DNA from: an uncultured Fusobacteriales bacterium
Lineage (GTDB): Bacteria; Fusobacteriota; Fusobacteriia; Fusobacteriales; Leptotrichiaceae
Assembly: GCA_964469865.1 (NCBI GenBank)
Contig: CAYYAV010000001.1
Coordinates: 1 to 32,044, forward strand
DNA: 32,044 nucleotides
Reading direction: 5' to 3'
Below are positions 8,605 to 18,978 of this stretch, in pieces (the stretch's first letter is position 1; each line of letters opens with the position of its first letter). Both the position numbers and the translations under genes were made by a program. The notes beneath the pieces are model-generated. The model was not told where the DNA came from and did no database searches. It saw only the letters and a program-made list of their open reading frames with translations.

Positions 8605-10494
8605 ATGAGAAGTTATGATGTTATTGTAGTGGGAGCCGGACATGCCGGAATAGAGGCTGCACTGGCTTCAGCAAGGTTAGGGATGAAAACAGCAATTTTT
8701 ACAATAACTCTTGATAATATAGGCGTAATGTCATGTAATCCTTCAGTAGGAGGACCGGCTAAAAGCCACCTGGTAAAAGAAGTGGATGCTCTGGGTGGAG
8801 AAATGGGCAGAAACATGGATAAGAGCTTTGTGCAGATGAGGATACTGAATACTAGGAAAGGTCCGGCAGTAAGATCTCTCAGAGCCCAGTCGGACAGGAA
8901 AATATATGCAAGGGAAATGAAAAAAACTGTAGAAAATCAGGAAAACCTCGATACAATACAGGATATAGTCACTGAACTCATAGTGGAAGAAAGAAGTGTC
9001 AGAGGAATAAGGACAAAGATGGGACTTACATTTTATTCTAAGGCGGTAATAGTAGCTACAGGAACGTTTATGAGAGGTCTTATGTATATAGGAGATAAAA
9101 GAGTCCAAGGGGGAAGAATGGGAGAACTTTCCAGTGAAGAGCTTCCTTTATCATTGAAAAATCTCGGATTTAAAATGGGAAGATTTAAGACTGGAACATC
9201 ACCAAGAGTTGATATAAGGACACTTAATCTGGAAAAGCTGGAGGAACAGCCTGGAGAGACAGGAGTACCACTTAAATTTTCCATGAGGACCCCTGATGAA
9301 GAAGTTATGGAGAAACCTCAACTGTCATGCTATTTGACCAGGACAAACCTTGAGTCACATAAGATAATACTTGAAAATCTTGATAAGGCTCCTATGTATA
9401 ATGGAAGTATTGACAGTACAGGACCTAGATACTGTCCGTCAATAGAGGATAAGATAGTCAAATTTCATGAAAAGGACAGCCATCACCTTTTCCTTGAGCC
9501 AGAAGGCTTTGACACTTCAGAAGTATATATAAGCGGGTTATCCACAAGTTATCCCGCCGAATATCAGCAGAAGATAGTGAATACGATAGAAGGGCTGGAA
9601 AAAGCCCATATTATGCGATATGGATATGCTGTAGAGTATGATATAGTCAATCCTGGAGAATTGGACTATACTTTGGAAACAAAAAAGATAGAAAATCTCT
9701 ACCTGGCAGGGCAGATAAATGGAACAAGCGGATATGAAGAAGCGGCAGCTCAAGGAATTATAGCCGGAATAAATGCCGCTCTCAAGATAAAAGGAGAAGA
9801 TCCGTTGATATTGGATAGGGAAGAATCGTATATAGGAACAATGATAGACGATCTTATAAATAAGGAACTTTTTGAGCCTTATAGAATGTTTACGGCAAGG
9901 TCTGAATACAGGCTTATATTAAGGGAAGACAATGCAGATATGAGATTATCTGAAAAAGCCTATAAAATAGGCCTTCTGGAAAAGAAATATTATGACAGGA
10001 TTGAAAAAAAGAAAAAAGATGTATCTGAAACATTGAAAAACCTTGAAAATATTAAGTTGGGGACAAGTAATGAAAGGCTTGTAGAAGTACTGGAAAAGAA
10101 TGAGGGTTCTTTAAAAAGCGGAACTACATTGAAAGAAATACTGAGACGTCCGGGAATTACCTATGAAGATATAAAATATATAGCAGGAATAATAGATGGT
10201 GTACCTAACTTGTCATTTGATGAAGAGACTGAATATCAGATAGAAGTTCAGGTAAAATATGAAGGATATATCGCAAAAGCTCTTCAGATAATGGAAAGGC
10301 AGAAAAGGCTTGATGGCAGGAAAATTCCTAAAAATTTTGATTATGACAGCATGAAAGGGATAACAAGGGAAGCAAAGCAGAGATTAAAGGAAAAAAGACC
10401 ATATAATGTCGGACAGGCTTCAAGAGTGGCAGGTGTAACTCCGGCAGATGTATCAGTATTGCTTATGTATCTGGAAGGAGTATTAGGCAGGTGA
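8605..10494 (+). CDS. mnmG: tRNA uridine-5-carboxymethylaminomethyl(34) synthesis enzyme MnmG (GidA)
   Basis: 629 aa. YDVIVVGAGHAGIEAALA FAD motif and a full-length GidA-like sequence (GPRYCPSIEDK, LAGQINGTSGYEEAAAQG). GGAG SD. Confidence 0.97.
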   Translation: MRSYDVIVVGAGHAGIEAALASARLGMKTAIFTITLDNIGVMSCNPSVGGPAKSHLVKEVDALGGEMGRNMDKSFVQMRILNTRKGPAVRSLRAQSDRKIYAREMKKTVENQENLDTIQDIVTELIVEERSVRGIRTKMGLTFYSKAVIVATGTFMRGLMYIGDKRVQGGRMGELSSEELPLSLKNLGFKMGRFKTGTSPRVDIRTLNLEKLEEQPGETGVPLKFSMRTPDEEVMEKPQLSCYLTRTNLESHKIILENLDKAPMYNGSIDSTGPRYCPSIEDKIVKFHEKDSHHLFLEPEGFDTSEVYISGLSTSYPAEYQQKIVNTIEGLEKAHIMRYGYAVEYDIVNPGELDYTLETKKIENLYLAGQINGTSGYEEAAAQGIIAGINAALKIKGEDPLILDREESYIGTMIDDLINKELFEPYRMFTARSEYRLILREDNADMRLSEKAYKIGLLEKKYYDRIEKKKKDVSETLKNLENIKLGTSNERLVEVLEKNEGSLKSGTTLKEILRRPGITYEDIKYIAGIIDGVPNLSFDEETEYQIEVQVKYEGYIAKALQIMERQKRLDGRKIPKNFDYDSMKGITREAKQRLKEKRPYNVGQASRVAGVTPADVSVLLMYLEGVLGR

Positions 10495-11213
10495 TCGATA
10501 TTAGAATAAATGGAGATACAGGTAAATATTTTGAGGAATTACTGGATAAAAGTGGAATTAGGCTAGAGAGTGGAAAGCTGAAAAAAATGATGACTTATCT
10601 GACAATGCTTTATGAAAAGAATAAGGTGATAAATCTGACTGCCATAAGAGATAAGGAAGGGATGCTTGAAAAACATTTTATTGATACCCTTTTTCTTACG
10701 GAATTGATAAGAGATGAAGAAAAAACCTTTATAGATGTAGGAACAGGAGCAGGATTTCCAGGTCTTGTACTTGGCATATTCTATCCTGAAAAAGAATTTC
10801 TTCTTGTAGATTCAGTAAAAAAGAAAATAGATTTTATAAATGAGGTAGTAGAATCCCTTAAGCTGAAAAATGTAAAAACAAGTTCTGAAAGGGCAGAAAA
10901 TCTTATAAAAAACAAAAGGGAGTCTTTTGATGTCGCTCTCTGCAGAGGAGTTGCAGACCTTAGGATAATTTTAGAATATATGATACCTTTTATCAAGGTT
11001 AAAGGAAGGTTCCTTCCTCAAAAGTTAAACCTTAATGAAGTTGATGGAGCAGAAAATGCACTGAAGACACTGAAGTCTCAGATAAAGGAGATATATAAGT
11101 TTAAACTTCCTGAAAGCGGTGATGAGAGAGTAATATTGGAAATAGTGAAAAATAGAAGAACCGATATAAAGTATCCAAGGAAAGCCGGAATACCATCTAA
11201 GAGACCCTTATGA
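10491..11213 (+). CDS. rsmG: 16S rRNA (guanine527-N7)-methyltransferase RsmG (GidB)
   Basis: 240 aa. NLTAIRDKEGMLEKHFIDTL and the SAM motif DVGTGAGFPGLVL. GTG start overlaps the mnmG stop (GTGA). AAGGAG upstream. Exact start is uncertain. Confidence 0.9.
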   Translation: MIDIRINGDTGKYFEELLDKSGIRLESGKLKKMMTYLTMLYEKNKVINLTAIRDKEGMLEKHFIDTLFLTELIRDEEKTFIDVGTGAGFPGLVLGIFYPEKEFLLVDSVKKKIDFINEVVESLKLKNVKTSSERAENLIKNKRESFDVALCRGVADLRIILEYMIPFIKVKGRFLPQKLNLNEVDGAENALKTLKSQIKEIYKFKLPESGDERVILEIVKNRRTDIKYPRKAGIPSKRPL

Positions 11214-11238
11214 TGAAAGGAAATGAAAGGATAAGGAA

Positions 11239-12075
11239 ATGAAACTTTTAAATATCAGTTTAGATAAGATAACAATAAATTCCAATCAGCCCAGGAAGCA
11301 CTTTGATAAAGGGAAAATGGATGAGTTAAAAGAATCCATAAGGAATAACGGTCTTATTCAGCCGATAATTGTGAGAAAGACAGAAGCGGGATCAGAAAAA
11401 TCCCGATATGAAATAATAGCAGGAGAAAGGCGATTCAGGGCATGTAGCCTCCTGAACATGGGAAATATCCCCTGCATAGTCATAAATGCAGGAGACTCGA
11501 AAAGTTATGAATACGCAGTTCTTGAGAATATACAGAGAGAAGATCTGAATACTATAGAAGAAGCAGAATCTTATATAATGCTTATGGAAGTATACGGATA
11601 TACCCAGGAAAAACTGTCTGAAAAACTGGGGAAGAGCAGATCCTCCATTTCCAATAAGATAAGACTGCTGAAACTTCCTGAGAAGATAAAGGCAAAATTA
11701 AAAGACGGTGTGCTCTCCTATGGGCATGCAAGGACACTTCTTTCACTTACAGATGAAAAAATTATGGAGAAACTGGCAGAAGAAACAATAGATAAAGGAT
11801 ATTCTGTAAGGAAAGTTGAAGATCTTGTAAAAAGATACAACGGGAAAGAAATAGGTAAGAATCATAGAAATAGATCTGAAAATATTGAAAAAAGTCTGAA
11901 AGACAATGAAGAATGTGATGAAAAATCCTTCCTGGAAAAAAAGCTGACAGAATTTTTTGAAAGCCGTGTTCAGATAAGAGGAAAACTGGAAGGAAAAGGT
12001 AAAATAGAGATAGATTTTTATGATTACGAAGACCTTGGAAGAATAATAGGGACATTAAATATAGATTTTGAATAA
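11239..12075 (+). CDS. parB: ParB/Spo0J-family partition or nucleoid-binding protein
   Basis: 278 aa. N-terminal ParB box IIAGERRFRA, HTH region QEKLSEKLGKSRSSISNKIRLLKL and a C-terminal dimerisation-like tail. No parA/soj gene is adjacent. Confidence 0.9.
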   Translation: MKLLNISLDKITINSNQPRKHFDKGKMDELKESIRNNGLIQPIIVRKTEAGSEKSRYEIIAGERRFRACSLLNMGNIPCIVINAGDSKSYEYAVLENIQREDLNTIEEAESYIMLMEVYGYTQEKLSEKLGKSRSSISNKIRLLKLPEKIKAKLKDGVLSYGHARTLLSLTDEKIMEKLAEETIDKGYSVRKVEDLVKRYNGKEIGKNHRNRSENIEKSLKDNEECDEKSFLEKKLTEFFESRVQIRGKLEGKGKIEIDFYDYEDLGRIIGTLNIDFE

Positions 12076-12130
12076 TCTTAGATGAACCTGATAAAAATAA
12101 GACTTGAAAGGAATAAGGAGGGATATTAGG

Positions 12131-15100
12131 ATGAACTATCTGAAAAAGTCACTCATAGTGTTTTTTCCTCTTTTAATGTCTCTTTTTCTGATTAAGGGAT
12201 ATATTTCTACAAAGAATTTTTCAGAAACTCTTGAAACGATACTGAATAGTAGCGGATTGAATGTAGAATTTGATAAAGTAAGACTGGAGAAATTTAATAA
12301 ACTTAGGATAGATAACCTGAAAGTAAAGGATATGGACGGTAATGTAGTAATTGATTCCAGGAAAACAACAGCCAACTTGAGCCTGCTTATGCCATCGAGA
12401 CTGCTTAGAATAGATGTCTATGACGCTACTGTAAATCTTGAGAGAAGTGAAGGGAATGATTTTAACATATTTCATGTTATAAAACCTTCAGATAAGGAAA
12501 ATCAGCCTATTGACAGGACAAGCAGGATAGGGAAGCTTTACATACATGATGCAACTTTAAATTACAGTGATATAAGCTATGAAAAAAAAATAGAAAAGAC
12601 CATGGAGAAAATAAATGGGTACCTTGAATATTCTAAATCCAGAGGGTTTATCCTAGAAGCAAAGGGAGTATCGGGAACAGAGGGTCTGGGAATAAAAGTA
12701 GGAAGTATAGTTGATACTCTGCAGTCATTCAAATCCATGTTTGATATAAAGAAGAACTATTCTGAAGAGAGAAAAAACTTTTTTGTAGATTTTGATTTTA
12801 AGAATATAAATGTGACTGAGGAACTGGGTCAGTATGTACCTCTTGACATAATAAAGGTAAAGGGTGGACTTCTTAACGGGAATCTTTCCCTGGATAACAG
12901 GAATCCTAAGAAAACTACAAAGGTAAAAGGATATCTGACAGTAAAGGAGGGTCATCTTTCCTATTCAGACTATGACGGGGATATCCAGAATATCAATGCA
13001 ACAGTAAATATGGATAAGGACAGGATTACTGTAGACGGAGCAACAGAAATAAGAGAAGGTAAAGTAGACCTGGATCTTACTTACTATGTTGATAATGGTA
13101 AACTGAACCTTAATCTGGCTACGGACAATGTCTCCTATGATGAGATAGCAAGATATAGGATACTTAAGGAAGCGAATGTAAAAGCTAAAGGAAATATAAC
13201 AGGAAATCTGAATGTAGAAACGGATCAGAAAAAAAAGGAAACTAAATTAAACGGCAGGTTTTCATCTCCTAATATAAATATCGGCGGATATGATTTTCAG
13301 AATATAAGAACAGAAATGGCAATATCCAAGGAACAGATACTTACATTAAAAAATACTTATTTTTACTTTGATGAAAGCATAGGAGGATTCAAAATAAAGG
13401 AAGATGCACAAGTAGACAGTTTTACATACGATATAAAAAATAAGAATGGAAAAGGGAGCTACACGCTTTTAAATAAGGGTTCTGACCACAGTATTGATAA
13501 AACTACGGGAAGTTTTGAGATAAACAGCAGTAATATAATAAGTGGGAATTTTCTTTCAAAAGAAATAGATGGCAACTTTAATATAGACCCTGGAAACCAG
13601 AAAGTCATAGTAAATGCTGACGGCAGGGAAAATATAACAGTTACTTATAATAAACAGACTTATATAGTAAATCCTGATATAAATAGACTTGTTTTAAATT
13701 TGAAGGGTAAAAGTATAATGGAATCAGGAAATATAAATGCCCGGATAAAATTGGAAAATAACAGTCTATTGGGAATTATAGATACTAAAGTAGACATATC
13801 GGAGGGAAATTACAACATAGATGCACTTATTGATGCAGGAGGTCAATATATAAGGGCTAAAGGGATGACATCAAGTGAAATGAATCATTCATATACTGTA
13901 ACAACCTCTAAAAACTCTACTTTTGATATGGCAAAATTCTTAAGGCATACAGGAAAAGAAATAAAAGGACTGGATAAGGCCTACCTTCCTGTAACCTTTA
14001 CTGCCCGTCTGAATGGAAAAGGGTCATCCTTTTCGGGAGAATATGATGTCTACAGTCCTTATGGACAGTTTATTGTAGAGTATGAGGAATTACGTGCTAA
14101 GGGAAAAATAAGCGATTTGCTAAGTTTAAACTTAGATGCAAATGGTACAATATACGAACTTTGGCTTGGTTATCAGAGGTTAAAGAATGTAAATGCGTTA
14201 CTGGAAATCAAGAATAATATCTTAAATATAATAAACATACATAATGAAAAGATTACTGCAAATGGGAAATATAACTTAAAGACAGGGAATATGACCATAA
14301 ATTCTAACCTAAACAATTATGTGGTTTACAACACGATAAAACCGGAGGTAAATGTTATTGTTGACAAGGCTTCAATGAATGTGAGTGGGACAGTCGGCAG
14401 CTTAAATGGTAATATTATACTGGAACCTTCATCAACTTTAATAAATTCAAGATTTATAGGCGAAACTAAAGGGACAGTGAATATTAAAGACAGTGTACTT
14501 GACTTTAAAGAGTTTACATTAAGGGAAAACAGTATTTCGGGAACTTATGATATGAAGACGGGGCTTACTGATATGAGTTTAAATCTTAATGAGCGAGATA
14601 TACCTGAATTACTGGGATTGAAGGATCTAACATTTGGAACACTTTCCAGGCTTAATTTGAAAGGGGATTTGAATGATTTTAATCTTTCAGGGGAAATAAT
14701 ACTGGGGAATATGAGCTATAAAGGGTATACTCTTCCATATGTAGTAACAGAGATAGATTATTCTAATGGTAATGTTGATAAGCTTTTTAAATATGGAACC
14801 TTTGATGTGAAGAAACTGACCATACTAGGAGATAATAGAGAAGAGCTGTTCAAGACAAGTATGAACTTTGATCTCGAAAATATAGATGTGGACTATAGGC
14901 TGGAGAATCAGAAATTTTCTCTTGATTCAGTACAAGATTTGAAAAATAAGGGGTATAGTGGAGATATAAATCTTAATTTTATACTGAAGGGGAATCCTGA
15001 GAACTTTTTTACTGACTTAAAAATACAATCAGAAGAACTTGTACTCAGCGGATTTCCTGTGGATAATCTGGATATAGATATTCAGGCGAATAATGAGGAA

Positions 15101-16729
15101 CTCAGTATAGGTCAGTTCTATCTGGAATATGAACAAAATCCATTATTAGTCAACGGATTCATGGCTTATTCCCCTTTAAAATATAATATGTCAGTTTTGG
15201 CAAAGGAATTTGACCTGGAGTTTTTAGGACTTAATCAGGATATAAAGCAGGCTAATGGAGTGGCTGATATAGATATACTTTTTACTAATACTGAAACAAA
15301 AGGGAAGGTCCTTCTGAATAACTTCTTTTATATAACAAAAGACGGAAAAACAGACGTAAATAATGTAAATGCAGATATAAATGTTGTAAACAGAAAGCTG
15401 AATATTAACAGGCTGGATGGGGGATATAACGGAGGAACTTTCAGTATAGATGGAAATCTGGATGTTCCTACCATTCCAGAAGACTTTATGAAGACAAAAC
15501 GTCTAGAGTTAGGGAAATTTGAAGTAAATGCGACTCTTAACAATGTCGGGCTGAGATATGGAGAAGATATAGACTTTGCCCTGACAGGTGATATGGTATT
15601 TACTGAAAATAACCTATACGGGATTCTAAATGTAAATTCTGGAGAAATAAGGGCGATTCCCGAATTTGGAAATAATACTAAGACAACGTCCGGAACGGAA
15701 CAGGACAGTATAAATAAGGAAAAGACTATTGTAGAGGGGGTAGTGGAGGAAGTAATAGATAAAATACTTAAGCAGTATACAGTTGATCTCAGCATCCAGA
15801 CGGACAGGAATTTAAAAATAAATATTCCGAATGTAAGTCTTGCTAAAAATATAAGGGGGCAGGTACTCGGAGAAAGTAGAATAATGTATGATGATGGAGA
15901 AATGAGCATCCTGGGAAATGATTCTGTAAGAAATGGAAGTTTCGTATTAAACGGGAATAATTTTACACTGGATACAGCAGAAGTAAGATTTACAAATGAG
16001 AATGAAACGCTTTCATCCATGAATCCGTTTGTACTTCTTGAAGCTTCGTCAAATATTGATGGCGAAAGAATAGAAATCGGAATGAACGGATATCTGAACA
16101 GCTCAGAGATTACATTAAAATCCTCTTCGGGGCTGTCGAAGGAACAGATTCTATCACTACTGGCATTTAATACTTTGACAGGGACTTCTGAAAATGAAGA
16201 TACGGAAGACAAAGCAGGAGTTTCTACTGATGATGCAAATGCAGCGATTCTGGGGACTCTGGTAGATACTGCATTAAATCAGTTGATTTTTTCTTCAGTA
16301 ACTGGTAAAATTGGGGAAACATTCGGACTGACAAATCTGTCAATAAATACAGATTTTAAGAATGGGACATCAGGAACTTATGAGGGGGCCACAACTGTGG
16401 CAATACAGGATAACCTATATAAAGACAAGCTGTTCTGGAATCTGGCTGTAAAATTTCCTTTTCAGACTTCAAAAGGTGCGGAAACAGCAGCAAATACGGA
16501 TCCTGTGGGATATAATGTATGGATAAACTATAATGTAACAGAAGGCTTTGGATTAAAAGCTGGCGGAGAAACGGTCCAGATAAGAGAAAGCAATACCATT
16601 TTAAATCAGCAAAGTGTAAGCGGGATAAATTATTATATAGGAATTGACTTTTCTTCAAGAGCGGACAGTTTTAGTGATTTAATGAAAAAAATATTCCGGA
16701 AAAGAAAACTGCAAACTTTAACTAAATAA
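12131..16729 (+). CDS. tamB: TamB-like translocation and assembly module protein (AsmA/DUF490-type C-terminus)
   Basis: About 1532 aa from ATG 12131 (AAGGAGGG SD at 12115-12122; the ORF-track TTG at 12104 is rejected). N-terminal signal-anchor KKSLIVFFPLLMSLFLI, a long beta-rich N/K/G/D body and a DUF490-like end. Its stop is 15 nt before bamA. Confidence 0.85.
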   Translation: MNYLKKSLIVFFPLLMSLFLIKGYISTKNFSETLETILNSSGLNVEFDKVRLEKFNKLRIDNLKVKDMDGNVVIDSRKTTANLSLLMPSRLLRIDVYDATVNLERSEGNDFNIFHVIKPSDKENQPIDRTSRIGKLYIHDATLNYSDISYEKKIEKTMEKINGYLEYSKSRGFILEAKGVSGTEGLGIKVGSIVDTLQSFKSMFDIKKNYSEERKNFFVDFDFKNINVTEELGQYVPLDIIKVKGGLLNGNLSLDNRNPKKTTKVKGYLTVKEGHLSYSDYDGDIQNINATVNMDKDRITVDGATEIREGKVDLDLTYYVDNGKLNLNLATDNVSYDEIARYRILKEANVKAKGNITGNLNVETDQKKKETKLNGRFSSPNINIGGYDFQNIRTEMAISKEQILTLKNTYFYFDESIGGFKIKEDAQVDSFTYDIKNKNGKGSYTLLNKGSDHSIDKTTGSFEINSSNIISGNFLSKEIDGNFNIDPGNQKVIVNADGRENITVTYNKQTYIVNPDINRLVLNLKGKSIMESGNINARIKLENNSLLGIIDTKVDISEGNYNIDALIDAGGQYIRAKGMTSSEMNHSYTVTTSKNSTFDMAKFLRHTGKEIKGLDKAYLPVTFTARLNGKGSSFSGEYDVYSPYGQFIVEYEELRAKGKISDLLSLNLDANGTIYELWLGYQRLKNVNALLEIKNNILNIINIHNEKITANGKYNLKTGNMTINSNLNNYVVYNTIKPEVNVIVDKASMNVSGTVGSLNGNIILEPSSTLINSRFIGETKGTVNIKDSVLDFKEFTLRENSISGTYDMKTGLTDMSLNLNERDIPELLGLKDLTFGTLSRLNLKGDLNDFNLSGEIILGNMSYKGYTLPYVVTEIDYSNGNVDKLFKYGTFDVKKLTILGDNREELFKTSMNFDLENIDVDYRLENQKFSLDSVQDLKNKGYSGDINLNFILKGNPENFFTDLKIQSEELVLSGFPVDNLDIDIQANNEELSIGQFYLEYEQNPLLVNGFMAYSPLKYNMSVLAKEFDLEFLGLNQDIKQANGVADIDILFTNTETKGKVLLNNFFYITKDGKTDVNNVNADINVVNRKLNINRLDGGYNGGTFSIDGNLDVPTIPEDFMKTKRLELGKFEVNATLNNVGLRYGEDIDFALTGDMVFTENNLYGILNVNSGEIRAIPEFGNNTKTTSGTEQDSINKEKTIVEGVVEEVIDKILKQYTVDLSIQTDRNLKINIPNVSLAKNIRGQVLGESRIMYDDGEMSILGNDSVRNGSFVLNGNNFTLDTAEVRFTNENETLSSMNPFVLLEASSNIDGERIEIGMNGYLNSSEITLKSSSGLSKEQILSLLAFNTLTGTSENEDTEDKAGVSTDDANAAILGTLVDTALNQLIFSSVTGKIGETFGLTNLSINTDFKNGTSGTYEGATTVAIQDNLYKDKLFWNLAVKFPFQTSKGAETAANTDPVGYNVWINYNVTEGFGLKAGGETVQIRESNTILNQQSVSGINYYIGIDFSSRADSFSDLMKKIFRKRKLQTLTK

Positions 16730-16744
16730 AATTAGGAGGAAATA

Positions 16745-18883
16745 ATGAAAAAACGTAAAATTCAAGCTTTAATAGTAACAGCTATGTTATTTTTAAGTGT
16801 TAATGGATTGGTTTTAGCACAAGGAGAAAATCTGAGAGTAGGAGAAATTAAATTTACGCATTTAAATCAACTTCCTGAAGATTTCCTTTTATCTAAGTTA
16901 CCTGTAAGGACAGGAGATAAGTATACGAATAAGGACCTGAGTGATATCTATCTGGCATTGAAAAGACTGGACTATATATCAAATGTAAATGTGTATCCTA
17001 AAATAGAAGGAGATACTGTGAACTTCCAGATAGAAGTTGATGAAAAATCAAATGCCCTTGATTTGGCAAGACAGGAAGCGGCTTCTGAGGAACTCACAAA
17101 AAGGACGGAGTTTACAGTTTCCAATATTGATATAGAAGGAGTAGAGACATTAGATAAAAATGAACTGTTAAATGGACTTCCGATAAAGACAGGAGAGTAT
17201 TTTGTTCCGCAGGAAGCGATTAACGGAGCACAAAAAATATTTTCCACAGGATATTTTTCTACTGTCGAACCTAAAGTAGACAGAAGAGCTGACAATACAG
17301 TATCAGTAATCTATGTTGTCCAGGAAAATCCTAAGATAAATAATGTTACAATAACAGGAAATACTTTATTTACTCAGGAGGAATTGGTTACGGCATCAGG
17401 ACTCAAACCGGGGGAGATATTAAATGGAAATCTCTTGAATCCTAATAGCAACGGTATATTGAATTATTATACCAAGGCAGGATACTCGCTGGCTAGAATA
17501 GAGAGTATAGATGTTTCTCCTGAAGGCAATATAGAAATAGGCCTGACAGAGGGAGTTGTAAATTCTGTAACATTCAAGAAAGTCACAACAAAAAGGGATA
17601 ATGAAAGAACAAGCAAGAAAGTCACAACAAAAAGGGATAATGAAAGAACAAGTGAAAAGAGGGCAAACCTCAGGACGCAGCCATATATCTTTGAAAGAAC
17701 CCAAGAAATAAAGCCGGGAGAAATATTTCAGGTAAAAAATGTTGAAAACACTATAAGAGAATTATACAGGACCGGAATATTTACTTCTATTGAGCCTGTG
17801 CTTACAGGAAGTGAGACTGATCCAAATGCAAGGAATGTGGAATTTATGGTTGAAGAAAGAGCTACAACTACAATAAACGGAAGCATTTCATACGGTACGG
17901 AAGTCGGACTGGTAGGAGGAATAAAGCTGTCAGATTCAAATTTCCTAGGAAGAGGACAGGAGGCCTCATTAAATCTGGAGGCATCAAATTCAGGAGATAA
18001 GACATTCGAAATAAGTCTTTTTGACCCGTGGATAAAGAATACCGAGAGGTTACAAGGCGGGGGTTCTATTTACTGGAGACAGGTAGTAGATGATGATGCA
18101 GGGGTTGATGAGATAGAAAAAGTAAGAAGAATCGGAACAAGATGGACAATAGGTAAGGGATTAAACAGTAACATATATGTAAGAGGAGCAATAAGGTTTG
18201 ATAACTATAAGGAATACTACCGAGAAAAAGAATTAGGGGATAAATATAACTTATTAGCATTTTCTCCTTCGCTGATATATGATACAAGAGATAATTCATA
18301 CAATCCTACTAAGGGGATATACGCTACACTGAGCTATGAAACTGGAAAGCTCTTTTCAAGGTATAACGTAAACGGAGAAAACGGAAAAGACTACAATCAG
18401 TTTGAAATTGACTTAAGAGCTTACCATCCTACGTTCTTCGGTGATAAGAATACGATGGCATATAGAGCCGTATGGGGAAAGACGGGAAGTGGAACTCCTG
18501 ATGCCTTAAGATACAGTATAGGAGGTTCTGAATCAATAAGAGGATATGAGGCAGGAGATTTTGACGGATTTGATAAGTTCCATGCGACAATAGAAAACAG
18601 GACACAGATAAATAAGTCATTACAGTTTGTTGCATTCTTCGATATCGGGAATGCATGGCAGACTTCAGAAAAATCTGCGTTGACAGGGCGTACTATTTAT
18701 AAGCCTGACAGAAGTTCAGCGAGCAGTTTCAAGGACCTGAAGAAAGGCTATGGAATAGGATTGAGGATAAATACCCCTATGGGACCATTAAGATTTGACT
18801 ATGGATGGCCTATGGATCCTGTGATTAAAGGAGAGAAAAAGACAAGCGGGAAATTTTACTTCAGTTTTGGACAGATATTCTAA
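16745..18883 (+). CDS. bamA: Outer membrane protein assembly factor BamA (Omp85 family)
   Basis: 712 aa. Signal peptide ending LVLAQG, POTRA-like repeats and a C-terminal beta-barrel ending in an aromatic residue (YFSFGQIF). AGGAGG SD. Confidence 0.92.
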   Translation: MKKRKIQALIVTAMLFLSVNGLVLAQGENLRVGEIKFTHLNQLPEDFLLSKLPVRTGDKYTNKDLSDIYLALKRLDYISNVNVYPKIEGDTVNFQIEVDEKSNALDLARQEAASEELTKRTEFTVSNIDIEGVETLDKNELLNGLPIKTGEYFVPQEAINGAQKIFSTGYFSTVEPKVDRRADNTVSVIYVVQENPKINNVTITGNTLFTQEELVTASGLKPGEILNGNLLNPNSNGILNYYTKAGYSLARIESIDVSPEGNIEIGLTEGVVNSVTFKKVTTKRDNERTSKKVTTKRDNERTSEKRANLRTQPYIFERTQEIKPGEIFQVKNVENTIRELYRTGIFTSIEPVLTGSETDPNARNVEFMVEERATTTINGSISYGTEVGLVGGIKLSDSNFLGRGQEASLNLEASNSGDKTFEISLFDPWIKNTERLQGGGSIYWRQVVDDDAGVDEIEKVRRIGTRWTIGKGLNSNIYVRGAIRFDNYKEYYREKELGDKYNLLAFSPSLIYDTRDNSYNPTKGIYATLSYETGKLFSRYNVNGENGKDYNQFEIDLRAYHPTFFGDKNTMAYRAVWGKTGSGTPDALRYSIGGSESIRGYEAGDFDGFDKFHATIENRTQINKSLQFVAFFDIGNAWQTSEKSALTGRTIYKPDRSSASSFKDLKKGYGIGLRINTPMGPLRFDYGWPMDPVIKGEKKTSGKFYFSFGQIF
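17576..17653 (+). repeat. Tandem 39-bp duplication (2 units) inside bamA
   Basis: Units 17576-17614 and 17615-17653 are identical except for the last base (C/T, synonymous). Each encodes KKVTTKRDNERTS. Confidence 0.95.
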
Positions 18884-18978
18884 TCCGGAGATCCTTTAAA
18901 ATAAGAGTTCTTTTAGAAAGAAAAACCGGAAAACACATTTAAATAAAGTATATAATAAATATGCAGGAAGGGATCTTT

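Noticed and set aside
8379-8643. Two small ORFs in the mnmG upstream region: 61 aa on the plus strand (8379-8564) and 64 aa on the minus strand (8449-8643).
   Set aside because: The plus ORF has a non-ATG start and no SD. The minus ORF begins inside mnmG, antisense to it. Both have AT-rich-noise composition (I/K/L/F/N/Y) and overlap the candidate mnmG promoter.
11239-12075. Search for a parS site (TGTTNCACGTGAAACA) in or near parB and across the window.
   Set aside because: The only CACGTG I noticed is near 5741, inside the GlpA-like gene, and it lacks the flanking GTTTCAC/GTGAAAC arms. No parS is called. An exhaustive scan allowing mismatches is needed.
12582-12590. Homopolymer tracts as possible phase-variation switches: A9 in tamB, A8 at 13229-13236, and T8-T9 runs in the flavoprotein genes.
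   Set aside because: These tracts sit within conserved genes and encode Lys or Phe runs. Such tracts are common background in low-GC genomes. There is no evidence of alternative frames or variability.
15328-16212. 294-aa minus-strand ORF inside tamB, and similar antisense ORFs within other genes, for example 20867-21478 (203 aa), 21938-22351, 19315-19791 and 8743-9108.
   Set aside because: They lie antisense to, or overlap, confidently identified conserved genes. Their composition is low-complexity and rich in Ser, Phe, Leu and Pro. They have no start-site signals. They are an artefact of purine-rich sense strands.
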